From positions 1 through 39,764 of IMG/VR virus record IMGVR_UViG_3300005805_000190: DNA of 39,764 bases. One strand, written 5' to 3'. Of the stretch, positions 19,322 through 28,100 are shown piece by piece. The notes beneath the pieces are model-generated. The model had not been told where the DNA came from. It did not search any database and worked only from the letters and a program-made list of their open reading frames with translations. The translations under genes were made by a program, and so were the position numbers. The stretch is from a virus (Duplodnaviria; Caudoviricetes). Position 1 is the first letter of the stretch, and every line of letters begins with the position of its first letter.

Positions 19322-19753
19322 ATGCAAAAGATAAATCACATAACACCAGAAGAATTGTCTGCAATTAAAAAACCAGCCGCTTCTGGTGTTTTAGTTATGA
19401 CAAATAATGGAGAGTTCTTACTAACAAAGAGAACATCTAAAGCACACTATCTTGGAGGACACTGGTCAGTTCCATCCGGTGAGTCAAATGTAAATGAATT
19501 AGAATCATTAGAAGATTGTGCCAGAAGAGAATTTCTCGAAGAGACAACTCACGAAATTCCAAAAGATGCAAAGATGTTTTGTATTGATAGATACTATGCA
19601 GACGAAAGATTGTATTATCTGTTTTTCTATAAAGTGCCTAGAAAGTTCTTTGTGAAGATAGATTGGGAACATGACGAGGTTAATTGGTTTACAAAAGATA
19701 ATTTACCAGAACCAATTGCTCCTCAAATTTTAGATGCTATTTCAAGAATATGA
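19322..19753 (+). CDS. Nudix hydrolase
   Basis: W-x-x-P-x-G...ESLEDCARREFLEET Nudix box; EH...WF. Confidence 0.9.
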   Translation: MQKINHITPEELSAIKKPAASGVLVMTNNGEFLLTKRTSKAHYLGGHWSVPSGESNVNELESLEDCARREFLEETTHEIPKDAKMFCIDRYYADERLYYLFFYKVPRKFFVKIDWEHDEVNWFTKDNLPEPIAPQILDAISRI

Positions 19754-19760
19754 TATTTAT
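19753..19760 (+). promoter_or_regulatory. ATATTTAT motif, putative late promoter
   Basis: Between the Nudix stop and the ATG at 19765. Confidence 0.45.
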
Positions 19761-19764
19761 TTGT

Positions 19765-20103
19765 ATGAAGAAAAAACAAACATATAAAGAAATCCAAGAA
19801 GCAGATTACGTCATGAAAATGATGGAAGATGTATTTGGTCATCGTGTAACAACATGGTCTCCTGCTGATACCCGTAGACTAAAAGGTAAGATTGCTCAAC
19901 CAATATCTGATAAAGAAAAAGAATCATATGTTGCGATGGTCGAACCATTGATGCTCCGCAAAACATTCATCGCACCTGATAAGGATAGATACTTGGATGC
20001 ATTCTTGGATTTAGATACAAGGGTTTCTCAAAAAGATTTTGAACCAACAGAAGACGATGATGCAGAAAAACTTGATAAGTTTTTGGGTGCAGATCTGACA
20101 TAG
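19765..20103 (+). CDS. Hypothetical protein (alternative start 19750)
   Basis: Open frame with core-like codon use; N-terminus MKKKQTYKEIQE. Confidence 0.6.
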   Translation: MKKKQTYKEIQEADYVMKMMEDVFGHRVTTWSPADTRRLKGKIAQPISDKEKESYVAMVEPLMLRKTFIAPDKDRYLDAFLDLDTRVSQKDFEPTEDDDAEKLDKFLGADLT

Positions 20104-20110
20104 GAGTTTT

Positions 20111-20899
20111 GTGTTGGAAAATAAACAGATAATTAGTATATTAGAGAAGTGGTCAAAGAAATATAGACGTTCTATTGACTGCTCCAATCCAAAGGGTTTC
20201 TCTCAGAAAGCACACTGTGCAGGGAGACGTAAACGAAAACGTGGTGGTAAAACTAAATCAAGACCAGTAGAGTCAATTATGGAGAACAACATGAAGAATT
20301 TAAGAGAGTTCGTTGAAAACGAAATCAATGAGAATCTTAAAAAAGAAACAGCCAAAAAGAAAATCAATGAATCAAGTAAGACTTTGTTTGAAGCAATTAC
20401 TCTTGCCGAACAAATAAAAAAGACCAGCAATACAAAGAAGATTGAAATGGCAGAAACTGCTGTTGCAATGGCTGAACTTAAACTCCAAGAAGACTTTGAC
20501 GAATACGAAGGCGATTGTGACTGTGGTGAAGGCGAAGGTAGAATGCTCAAGGCTCAACTCGCATCAATTATCACAAGTGCAAATAAACTTCTTTCCATGA
20601 TTGATGATGACGATCAATTCGAAGATTGGATTCAATCCAAGATTACAATTGCAGAAGATTATCTAAGAGCATCATATAGTTACATGACTTACTACAATGG
20701 TGAAGAAGATGTAGTTGACGATTGGGACGATGACGAAGATTGGGATGATGTTGATATGGATGACCAAGATTGGGATGAATACGGTGATGAATTTAATGGA
20801 GATGGTATTGATATGCCGATAGGTCAACCAGTCGAATCAAATTACGATCAAGCACTCGATCCAAATATAGATGATGAAGAATTTGAAATGAACAATTGA
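20111..20899 (+). CDS. Modular hypothetical protein, probable internal head protein, with acidic C-terminus
   Basis: EKWSKKYRRSIDCSNPKGFSQKAHC module, EG-x-M-x-x-x-QL...WIQSKIT-x-A-x-DYL module, several I/L-x-E sites, D/E-rich tail; GGAG before GTG. Confidence 0.6.
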   Translation: MLENKQIISILEKWSKKYRRSIDCSNPKGFSQKAHCAGRRKRKRGGKTKSRPVESIMENNMKNLREFVENEINENLKKETAKKKINESSKTLFEAITLAEQIKKTSNTKKIEMAETAVAMAELKLQEDFDEYEGDCDCGEGEGRMLKAQLASIITSANKLLSMIDDDDQFEDWIQSKITIAEDYLRASYSYMTYYNGEEDVVDDWDDDEDWDDVDMDDQDWDEYGDEFNGDGIDMPIGQPVESNYDQALDPNIDDEEFEMNN

Positions 20900-20906
20900 G
20901 GTTTAT

Positions 20907-21104
20907 GTGTCCTATCAGCCATTCATGTTTGTTAACGATTGGAATTTATCCTACAACGGTAAAACACTTAACATAAGTGATAAAGATTTAGAAAACTATC
21001 GTGAGAATGGATTATCAGATGATGAGATAAAATCTATTGCATTTTCTTATCTATCCAAACAAATATTCTTTGATTTCGAAAAACCTTATTCACCAGAGTT
21101 ATGA
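20907..21104 (+). CDS. Hypothetical protein
   Basis: GAGG before GTG; stop overlaps the next start. Confidence 0.55.
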   Translation: MSYQPFMFVNDWNLSYNGKTLNISDKDLENYRENGLSDDEIKSIAFSYLSKQIFFDFEKPYSPEL

Positions 21105-21382
21105 ATTTTAATACAAGAACAGTTTTGGATCTAATGATTATTGATCCAGATTTGGAAATCATAATTAATGCTTTGGTTGATGCAGAAAAAATACTATATT
21201 ATCAATCAGGTAAAACAAGTCAAAATGATTTTGTACGTTCGGTTATACCAATTGTAAAAGACGAGCTTAATTTTTATCTATCTAACAGGACATACCGATT
21301 AAAACTATCGTTTTTAAAAAGTTGTATAGACTTGGATGACATTGACTATTACCACCTTATTCCTGCAGTCTGTAAAATTTAA
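21101..21382 (+). CDS. Hypothetical protein
   Basis: ATGA-coupled ORF filling the gap. Confidence 0.55.
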   Translation: MNFNTRTVLDLMIIDPDLEIIINALVDAEKILYYQSGKTSQNDFVRSVIPIVKDELNFYLSNRTYRLKLSFLKSCIDLDDIDYYHLIPAVCKI

Positions 21383-21383
21383 T

Positions 21384-21414
21384 TTGGAAATGTCAGAAAA
21401 GTTTCGTATATTAG
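21384..21414 (+). promoter_or_regulatory. Host-sigma-type promoter TTG-N20-TATATTAG
   Basis: TTGgaaatgtcagaaaagtttcgTATATTAG, ending 4 nt before the ATG at 21419. Confidence 0.65.
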
Positions 21415-21418
21415 TGTT

Positions 21419-21790
21419 ATGAAAAAATTACTACTGAACAGAATCCGATCGGGTGAATTTAATCCATCCCGAACTATCCAACAAACTATTGATTCGCTCA
21501 ATACATCTTATGCTCGTGCAAAAGAAACGGTACAACGTATGCACGGTGAAGATGAATTGACACTTGAAGAATCAATGGGTCGGGAGTTTCTTTATTACAG
21601 TAAAGAAATGCACAAAGCAAAACTCAAACAATTTGAAGATGAAGATCAAAAAATGTTTGAACTTCGTAAAGAATTCAAATCTATATTTCAGATTGATGTT
21701 TGGGATGAAGTGATTTTATCTTACGAATTTGAAACGATTGAAGAAATGTATAACTGTTTTAAACAACATATTCGAGACAACTATGCTTAA
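21419..21790 (+). CDS. Hypothetical helical protein
   Basis: 123-aa ORF directly after a promoter. Confidence 0.65.
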   Translation: MKKLLLNRIRSGEFNPSRTIQQTIDSLNTSYARAKETVQRMHGEDELTLEESMGREFLYYSKEMHKAKLKQFEDEDQKMFELRKEFKSIFQIDVWDEVILSYEFETIEEMYNCFKQHIRDNYA

Positions 21791-21944
21791 ATCAATAACA
21801 GAATTCTTTATGACGGGATTCTACATGATTATTTTGTATGTGTTTTATTCTGCCGTTGTGTTTTCATTGACATTTATTCTTGGATTACCAATAGCAGTTG
21901 CAATTTATTATATCACAGAGATCATGAAGTATTATATTCTCTGA
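21783..21944 (+). CDS. Small membrane protein
   Basis: Long hydrophobic stretch; ATG at 21783 preferred over TTG at 21729. Confidence 0.55.
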   Translation: MLKSITEFFMTGFYMIILYVFYSAVVFSLTFILGLPIAVAIYYITEIMKYYIL

Positions 21945-21951
21945 GGAAGTT

Positions 21952-22143
21952 ATGCCTACATATGATTTCAAATGTGAAACTTGTGGAGATGTAAGAGAAT
22001 ATATAGTTCCACTTACAACAAGTGTACCAGAAAAATGTCACTGTGGTAGTGATAAGTGTGAATTGACAAAGGTCGATTCATTTAGTTCAAGTAAACCAGT
22101 TTTAAAAACAAAAGGTTTCTACGAAACCGATTACAAAAAATAA
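21952..22143 (+). CDS. FmdB-family zinc-ribbon protein
   Basis: MPTYDFKCETCG...CHCG...K-x-x-GFY-x-TDY. Confidence 0.85.
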   Translation: MPTYDFKCETCGDVREYIVPLTTSVPEKCHCGSDKCELTKVDSFSSSKPVLKTKGFYETDYKK

Positions 22144-22153
22144 GGGATAAATT

Positions 22154-22495
22154 ATGGAAGAGAAACAGTACCCTAAATTTATGGTGTCAAAGAATGTTGA
22201 AATAAAGATGACACCTCAAATGGGAATCATAGAATGTAATTATCGTCACCTGATAAATGCATTTGGACAACCATCTTACAGTCGAGATGCAGGTGATGAA
22301 TTCGACGGTGTGGAAAGAGTTGCATGGCATATTCAGTTTCAAACTGGAGAACGAGTTCGACTATCTGATGTTCGAGAGTTTGGGTCTATGGAAGACGATC
22401 AAACAAAAGTTAATAAGTGGCGAGTAAATACACATTCAACAGATGCATACAACTGGATAAAAGAAGTTATCCGTGATGCAAACCCAAGAGGATAA
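22154..22495 (+). CDS. Hypothetical phage protein
   Basis: G-x-I...Y-x-x-L-x-x-x-FG-x-P...W...W-x-V pattern; AAGGGA RBS. Confidence 0.6.
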   Translation: MEEKQYPKFMVSKNVEIKMTPQMGIIECNYRHLINAFGQPSYSRDAGDEFDGVERVAWHIQFQTGERVRLSDVREFGSMEDDQTKVNKWRVNTHSTDAYNWIKEVIRDANPRG

Positions 22496-22496
22496 A

Positions 22497-23252
22497 ATGA
22501 TACAACCAATAGTTTTGTATAGTTCAACTCACAACATTCTGAGAACAAAAACCAAGTCATCTGATATTCAGAATGACAGGGAAAATATAGAAAAGTTGAT
22601 CCAAGATATGAAGGACACTCTTCAATCAATTGGTGGTCTTGGTCTTGCTGCAAATCAAATTGGTAGAAATGAATCGGTTTGTATTGTAGATTTAGATGGT
22701 AAGATTCTTACACTTGTAAATCCTACAATTACAAATAGAAGTGGAGATAAAAAGATTTCAGTCGAAGGATGTCTTTCACTTCCAGATATTTCAGCTAAGG
22801 TTGAACGTGATGAAAATATTTCTGTAAAGTTTATCAATCCAGATAACGAATGGTCTGAAGAAGAAATTCAAGTAGAGTTTCCAAACTCAGTTATCATTCA
22901 ACATGAAGTAGATCACCTCGAAGGTAAGTTGATGATTGATAATTTGTCACCGATGCAACGAAATCTTATATCAACAAAGTTGAAGAAAGTTGCTCGTGGA
23001 AATGCAGACATCAATTATGTTGGCATGGTTTGGAGAGACTCAATCAAGTCTTGGTCTCTTGTAGGTCCTTTCCATAAACTGTATGAGTTCTATAATTATC
23101 ATAGTAACGCAAACAGTTTTTCAACTAACGGAGAGGTAGATGTCAGCATCAACGAGAGTGAAATTATCGTCGGGGAAGAAGAAGAGAGAGGGGAAGCCCA
23201 AGAAAACCCGTCAGGGCAAATCACAGAACACGAAGTTATCGAAAACGCCTAA
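22497..23252 (+). CDS. def: Peptide deformylase with C-terminal extension
   Basis: All three PDF motifs: GLGLAANQIG, EGCLS, QHEVDHL-x-G. ATG at 22497 follows GAGG. Confidence 0.92.
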   Translation: MIQPIVLYSSTHNILRTKTKSSDIQNDRENIEKLIQDMKDTLQSIGGLGLAANQIGRNESVCIVDLDGKILTLVNPTITNRSGDKKISVEGCLSLPDISAKVERDENISVKFINPDNEWSEEEIQVEFPNSVIIQHEVDHLEGKLMIDNLSPMQRNLISTKLKKVARGNADINYVGMVWRDSIKSWSLVGPFHKLYEFYNYHSNANSFSTNGEVDVSINESEIIVGEEEERGEAQENPSGQITEHEVIENA

Positions 23253-23292
23253 GAACAAGGCAAAGAAAAAGTACAGAGGTCAAGGTAAATGA
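23140..23292 (+). CDS. Small, very basic 50-aa protein ending KKYRGQGK, overlapping def (not in the ORF track)
   Basis: MSASTRVKLSSGKKKREGKPKKTRQGKSQNTKLSKTPKNKAKKKYRGQGK*; GGAGAGG upstream. I recall PKKTRQG...YRGQG from small proteins of T4-like phages. Confidence 0.75.
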   Translation: MSASTRVKLSSGKKKREGKPKKTRQGKSQNTKLSKTPKNKAKKKYRGQGK

Positions 23293-23328
23293 GAAATTGG
23301 AAGCAATTACTCAATGAAGATAAAATAG

Positions 23329-23367
23329 TAAGGACGGCAATTTTTATGGTTGCTGTCCTTATTTTAT
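23329..23367 (+). terminator. Putative intrinsic terminator
   Basis: 12-bp stem TAAGGACGGCAA / TTGCTGTCCTTA (one G-U) followed by TTTTAT. Confidence 0.55.
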
Positions 23368-23387
23368 CGTCTCTAATAAAAATGTTC

Positions 23388-23417
23388 TTGTAAAATTGGC
23401 ATAATTTTTGTATATTG
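23388..23417 (+). promoter_or_regulatory. Host-sigma-type promoter TTG-N20-TATATTG
   Basis: TTGtaaaattggcataatttttgTATATTG upstream of the T9SS-CTD gene. Confidence 0.6.
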
Positions 23418-23455
23418 TATAGTTAAATGTTTTATTCATTATGGAGTTACGTTAG

Positions 23456-23896
23456 ATGAAATATCTATTAGCACTCATCTTGTCCGTCGGAATTATGACT
23501 GCACAAGACAATCCACTCGGTCCAATGAAGCGGTTGGTGGTCAGTGGAAACGGAGCTGTGACACTAGGACAGGTTGTTGCAGGTTATTCAAACAATTTTC
23601 ATATTGGAATTCGTCCACCTCGTCGTGGTAATCTTGTATCAGTACAAGAAGAAATTCAATCAATGAATTCATTAGTTTATCCAAATCCATCAAGAGATGG
23701 TATTGTAAACTTGAAGATTGAAAATTTACAGTCATTCGAGGTTGTAAATCTTCTTGGAAATCTTGTTTATGATTTCCGAAATATCAGTGGTGGAAATGGA
23801 ACACGATCATTTCAGCTAGATACTCGTGGAATTTATTTTATTAAGATGACTTCCCTAACAGGAATCAATCATTCGACTATTCTTATTTTTCAATAA
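23456..23896 (+). CDS. Small secreted protein with type IX secretion (T9SS type A) C-terminal sorting domain
   Basis: Sec signal ending TA-Q; VYPNP...V-x-N-x-LG-x-x-V...GIYFIK C-terminal domain. Confidence 0.85.
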   Translation: MKYLLALILSVGIMTAQDNPLGPMKRLVVSGNGAVTLGQVVAGYSNNFHIGIRPPRRGNLVSVQEEIQSMNSLVYPNPSRDGIVNLKIENLQSFEVVNLLGNLVYDFRNISGGNGTRSFQLDTRGIYFIKMTSLTGINHSTILIFQ

Positions 23897-23913
23897 TCAT
23901 TAGAGGTTATAAA

Positions 23914-25077
23914 ATGCGTTCATTTATTTTAGCACTCATTGCTGTATTTGGAATTACTGTTTCAAACGCACAAACAGACGTTCAATTCCAAGCACACCTT
24001 CCGTTCACTGCAACAGAAGTTTCTTTTTCAGCTTACATCGCTGATTCAACATTCAATGAAGATTCACATCTCAACACTTCGGCACTTTGGTATGTTGAAG
24101 GTAAGATTGTTCCAGCATCAAACGGTATGATCAATGTTCTTCTCGAAGACATCCCAACATCAGTTTTCGCTGGTAACTTTGGTAAGATCTATGTTTACTC
24201 ATATGTAAATGGTCAACCACTTGGTAAGCTTCCTTTCCACAAGCTCCCGTACTCACTCATTGCAGATAGTTCGACTATCTCTGCACGTGCATACTTTGCA
24301 GAGAATGCACAGTCTTCACGAACAGCTGGTCGTGCAGATACTGCAACACTTGCACTTCAATCAAATAATTCTTACCGTGCAGACACTGCAATTTTCTCAG
24401 TAACATCACGTCACTCATTCACAAGTGATACCGCAGTCTATGCTCGTAACGCAGGTTATGCAGTTGGTGCAGATGGTGCACGTCTTGCTCAAGAAGCAGA
24501 CCACGCTCTTCGTGCTGACACGGCTCTTTATGCCTACAACTCAGGATTGTCAGCTGCAACAAACTTTGTAAACACAAACGGTGTTAATACACTTGCCATT
24601 CAGAATGGTGCCGTTGTAACAGAGAAGATTGCAGACGGTGGTGTTACTGCCGCTAAGTTGGGTGTCAACTCTGTTGAAAATCAACACGTCGCAGATAATG
24701 CAATCACACTCGATAACATTTCAGGTAATGTAACTGCACCCGTTGGTTCATATCTTACAAAGGGAGTTGCCGGTATCTCGTGGGAACTCAATCCCCAACA
24801 CCGTACATCATCGGTTGCCATTTATACAGCCGCTCCAGCAACACTTCCAAATACTTCCCGATGGGTGGTATCAAGAGTTGCAGTCGATTACAACTTGGTA
24901 TCAGTTACGAATCCAGTTGTTGGGCAACTCGTTACTATCTACAACGGTTCAACTGCAAATGCCGTTACACTTGATGCCGTAACATGGAATATTGATACAG
25001 GTCTCAATTGTACAATTTGGGCTGGTCAATCAAAGACACTTTGGTTTAACGGATTCAATTGGGTAGTAGTTCAGTAA
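23914..25077 (+). CDS. Secreted fibrous surface protein (A/S-x-x stalk, T-x-x-KIADG repeats, small C-terminal head)
   Basis: Signal peptide ending SNA-Q; FQA...LPYS; 34 consecutive [AS]-x-x triplets; VTEKIADGGVTAAKL repeats. Confidence 0.75.
   Translation: MRSFILALIAVFGITVSNAQTDVQFQAHLPFTATEVSFSAYIADSTFNEDSHLNTSALWYVEGKIVPASNGMINVLLEDIPTSVFAGNFGKIYVYSYVNGQPLGKLPFHKLPYSLIADSSTISARAYFAENAQSSRTAGRADTATLALQSNNSYRADTAIFSVTSRHSFTSDTAVYARNAGYAVGADGARLAQEADHALRADTALYAYNSGLSAATNFVNTNGVNTLAIQNGAVVTEKIADGGVTAAKLGVNSVENQHVADNAITLDNISGNVTAPVGSYLTKGVAGISWELNPQHRTSSVAIYTAAPATLPNTSRWVVSRVAVDYNLVSVTNPVVGQLVTIYNGSTANAVTLDAVTWNIDTGLNCTIWAGQSKTLWFNGFNWVVVQ
24253..24558 (+). repeat. Coding repeat: 34 tandem [Ala/Ser]-x-x tripeptides
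   Basis: SLI-ADS-STI-SAR-AYF-AEN-...-ADT-ALY-AYN-SGL-SAA, unbroken register. Confidence 0.85.
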
Positions 25078-25100
25078 TCAATTCTGAATCGTAAAAAGAA

Positions 25101-25128
25101 AAGGGAATCCTTGTGGGTTCCCTTTTTT
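25101..25128 (+). terminator. Intrinsic terminator, possibly bidirectional
   Basis: AAGGGAATCC-ttgt-GGGTTCCCTT followed by TTTT and preceded by an A-rich tract. Confidence 0.75.
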
Positions 25129-25140
25129 ATTTGTATATTG
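25111..25140 (+). promoter_or_regulatory. Host-sigma-type promoter TTG-N20-TATATTG overlapping the terminator
   Basis: The TTG lies in the hairpin loop; TATATTG at 25134-25140. Confidence 0.55.
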
Positions 25141-25189
25141 ACTACTTATAGTTATAGTCCGTTATCATTTTATAATATGAGGGTTTCCG

Positions 25190-28100
25190 ATGAAACGTTT
25201 TTTACCCTTACTACTGTCACTCCTGACAGTATTTTCAGCTACGGCACAAAACTCTAACAACAAACTCAACTTAACAGAAGGCACCCGTTACATGGTTGCA
25301 TTCCCACAAGTATGGGCAAGTCCGTCAGAGAAACCGATGCCACAACCAATGCAGCTTTTTGTCTCATCAAAAGTAAAGACAAAAATACGAGTTCAAACGC
25401 CAGCAGGTATCAATGATGCCGCTAGAATAGATAGAGAGTATTCTTTGGAACCAAACAAGGTTTTGAAGATTTCAATCTCTACGGCATACATGAATGTCAA
25501 TTCTCAAACAAAAACTGGATATGGCATTCTTGTTACAAGTAAGTCACCTATTTCAGTTTCTACTTATCAAGCTTGGATGGGTAATGGAGAATTGGCTCGT
25601 CATCTTCCAGTTGATGCTTGGGGAAAGAATTACTTTACTGCAAACTTTTATCAAGATAGATATGGAACATCTGGTTCAGGATATAAGTACAGACCAGCAC
25701 AGATCCTTATTATTGCATCGAGAGATAACACTGTTGTTTCATACACACCAACTTGTGATACAGAAGGTGGAACAGAAATGCCAGAAGGAAAGAAAGGTCA
25801 GACTCAAACAGTAACTCTTGAAAAGGGAGAGACATTTCTCATCAAGGCAAAGATAAATGAAGATTATAACAAGCAATGGGAAACAGATTTGTCTGGTACT
25901 CTTATTCGTGCAAACAAACCAGTAGGTGTTGTTTCAGGACACACGAAGGTTGCAATTATGAGATACCCAGACGTTCTTCCACCAACGGGTATGTTTGCTG
26001 CCGAGGCACACTTTGTTCGTAGTAACGTACACGATGCTCAACTTCCAATTGAAATGAGTGGGACAAAGTTTGTAACAGCACCATCTATGTACACACCAAC
26101 CCGTGTTGTTGGCCAAGCCTCAGTAGAGTTTGGTATCGACGATGACCGCGGTGATGTGATTCGTTTCATAGCTCTCGAAGATAACACTAAGATTTTCAGC
26201 ATGAGACAGGATGGATCGGGATTAAAAGCAGAAAGATCACTTCGTAAGGGTGAATCATTTATTGCTACCGCAGTTGACGTTACAACATATTGGGAATCAG
26301 ATAAACCAGTTCTTGCAACTCACTATGGTAAATCATACGCAAAGATCCTTCCTCCTGCATTTCTACCGTCACAGGGTAAAAACAATGATGGGGTACAGGG
26401 CCACCCAACAGTTGAGTCGGGTATGCCAATGATGCAATACGTCCCGTCTGTTGATCGTTGGACTAACTATGGAGTATTCGCTGCACCAGAAGGAATGGAT
26501 AACTTCTTTAACATTGTTTTTACCGCATCTGAGGTTGGAAAGATTAAAGTAGATGGTCGATCACTTACATCGGCTTTCGGTGGAGCAATGCGATTGATAA
26601 AGGGAACACCATATGCAGTTATCAGAACACCAATCGGTGCTGGTGATCACTTTGTAGAATCAACTGAACCAACGGTTCGTTGGGTTGCTTGGAACTATGG
26701 ATCACTTGATGGTCTTCAACAAGGACGTGCATATGGTACGCCAGTTTCTATTGACCTTTCAATTCCTTGTGATGACTCACTTGACATAGAATATCAAATC
26801 GTTTGTGGTGATGTAGAAGGTAAAGTGAAATTACTTCCTGAGAACTCTACGTGTGCACAATTCTTTGCATTTGTTGTAGAAGACGAGAATAACTTTATCT
26901 TGGAAGCAGACGTAGATAATCTTTCAGACTACAAGGTGTTTCCATTCAAACTTAAAGTTGGTGATAAAAAGAAACCAGCGTTTGCAAGAGTTCGTGTTAT
27001 TACTCGTTCAGGTAACTGGATTGAAAAAGAATTCAAGTATGATGGAATTGATTTGACATTTAATCCAAGTCCAATTAACTTCGGTGTAAGACCTTTTGGT
27101 GATAAAGCCTGTACAACAGTTGTTGTAACAAATATGCAATCCACACCAATATCAATCACAAACTTGAAGTTCCGTAATACTTCGTTCACAGTTACTCCAA
27201 AATCAATTCAACTGAATCCAAGGGAATCAAAAAGTATTGAGGTATGTGGAACAGTTCTAACAGAAGTACGTCAAGTAGATACACTCATTGCAGAAATTAA
27301 CTGTGTTGAATTGAAGTATCTTCCTGTTGAAATAAAAGGTGAAGAACCTATCTTCTATGCAGGTGATCAAAACTGGGGAACTATTCCTGCAAATGATAAA
27401 CAAACAAAACAAGTAGAACTAGTTAACGCAGGTAAGTCTAATGTTATCATCACAGAATATCAACCAAGAGGTGATGATTACTTCACGAATACAACTTTAT
27501 TGAAATCGTTACCACTTACATTAAAACCAGGTGAACGATTTAAGTATGAAGTAGACTACTCACCAAATGGAATTGTTGGTGCAAACAACTCTCTAAGAAT
27601 AAATTACACAACTAATGCAACAAAAGAAAAGCTATACTCTGATCTAAGTGGTCAAGGTTCCGATGCTCTTCTTTCTGTTTCGTCATACTCGTGGACTGAA
27701 AGAGTTATTGATAAGTACCAGACATCTAAGGGAGTTACTCGATATGCTGGTAAAGTTACAATAAGCAATCTTGGTAACACAGTATCTTATATTGAAAAAA
27801 TTACTTTGGTTGGTAACGATGCAGGATATTTCTCATTTGATGAACCAATTAATTTAAGAAGTGGAATGTTGCCGAGTGAGAAGAGAGTTGTTGATGTTTA
27901 CTTTACACCAACTGAAACTGATAAACGTGGTAGTGAAAGAAACTTCTCCGTAGAGTTTGTTGTTGATTACAGAGTTGCATCAGATGCAAAACAATCAAAG
28001 TCAAAACTAGAAGCAACTGCACTTCAACCACAAGTCCAAATTACAAATCAAGATTGGGGATCACACCAATCAAACACAGTAACAACTCTTCCAATTTACA

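Noticed and set aside
23140-23252. Acidic C-terminal tail of Def as a functional domain
   Set aside because: Better explained as the alternate-frame reading of the overlapping Lys-rich gene.
23289-23393. 34-aa ORF MRNWKQLLNEDKIVRTAIFMVAVLILSSLIKMFL
   Set aside because: It is ATGA-coupled and hydrophobic, but it spans a terminator-like hairpin and runs into the next promoter, so I could not support it as a gene. Not excluded.
23914-25077. Virion tail fibre
   Set aside because: It has a cleavable Sec signal, follows a host-type promoter and a T9SS-CTD gene, and no tail genes are nearby.
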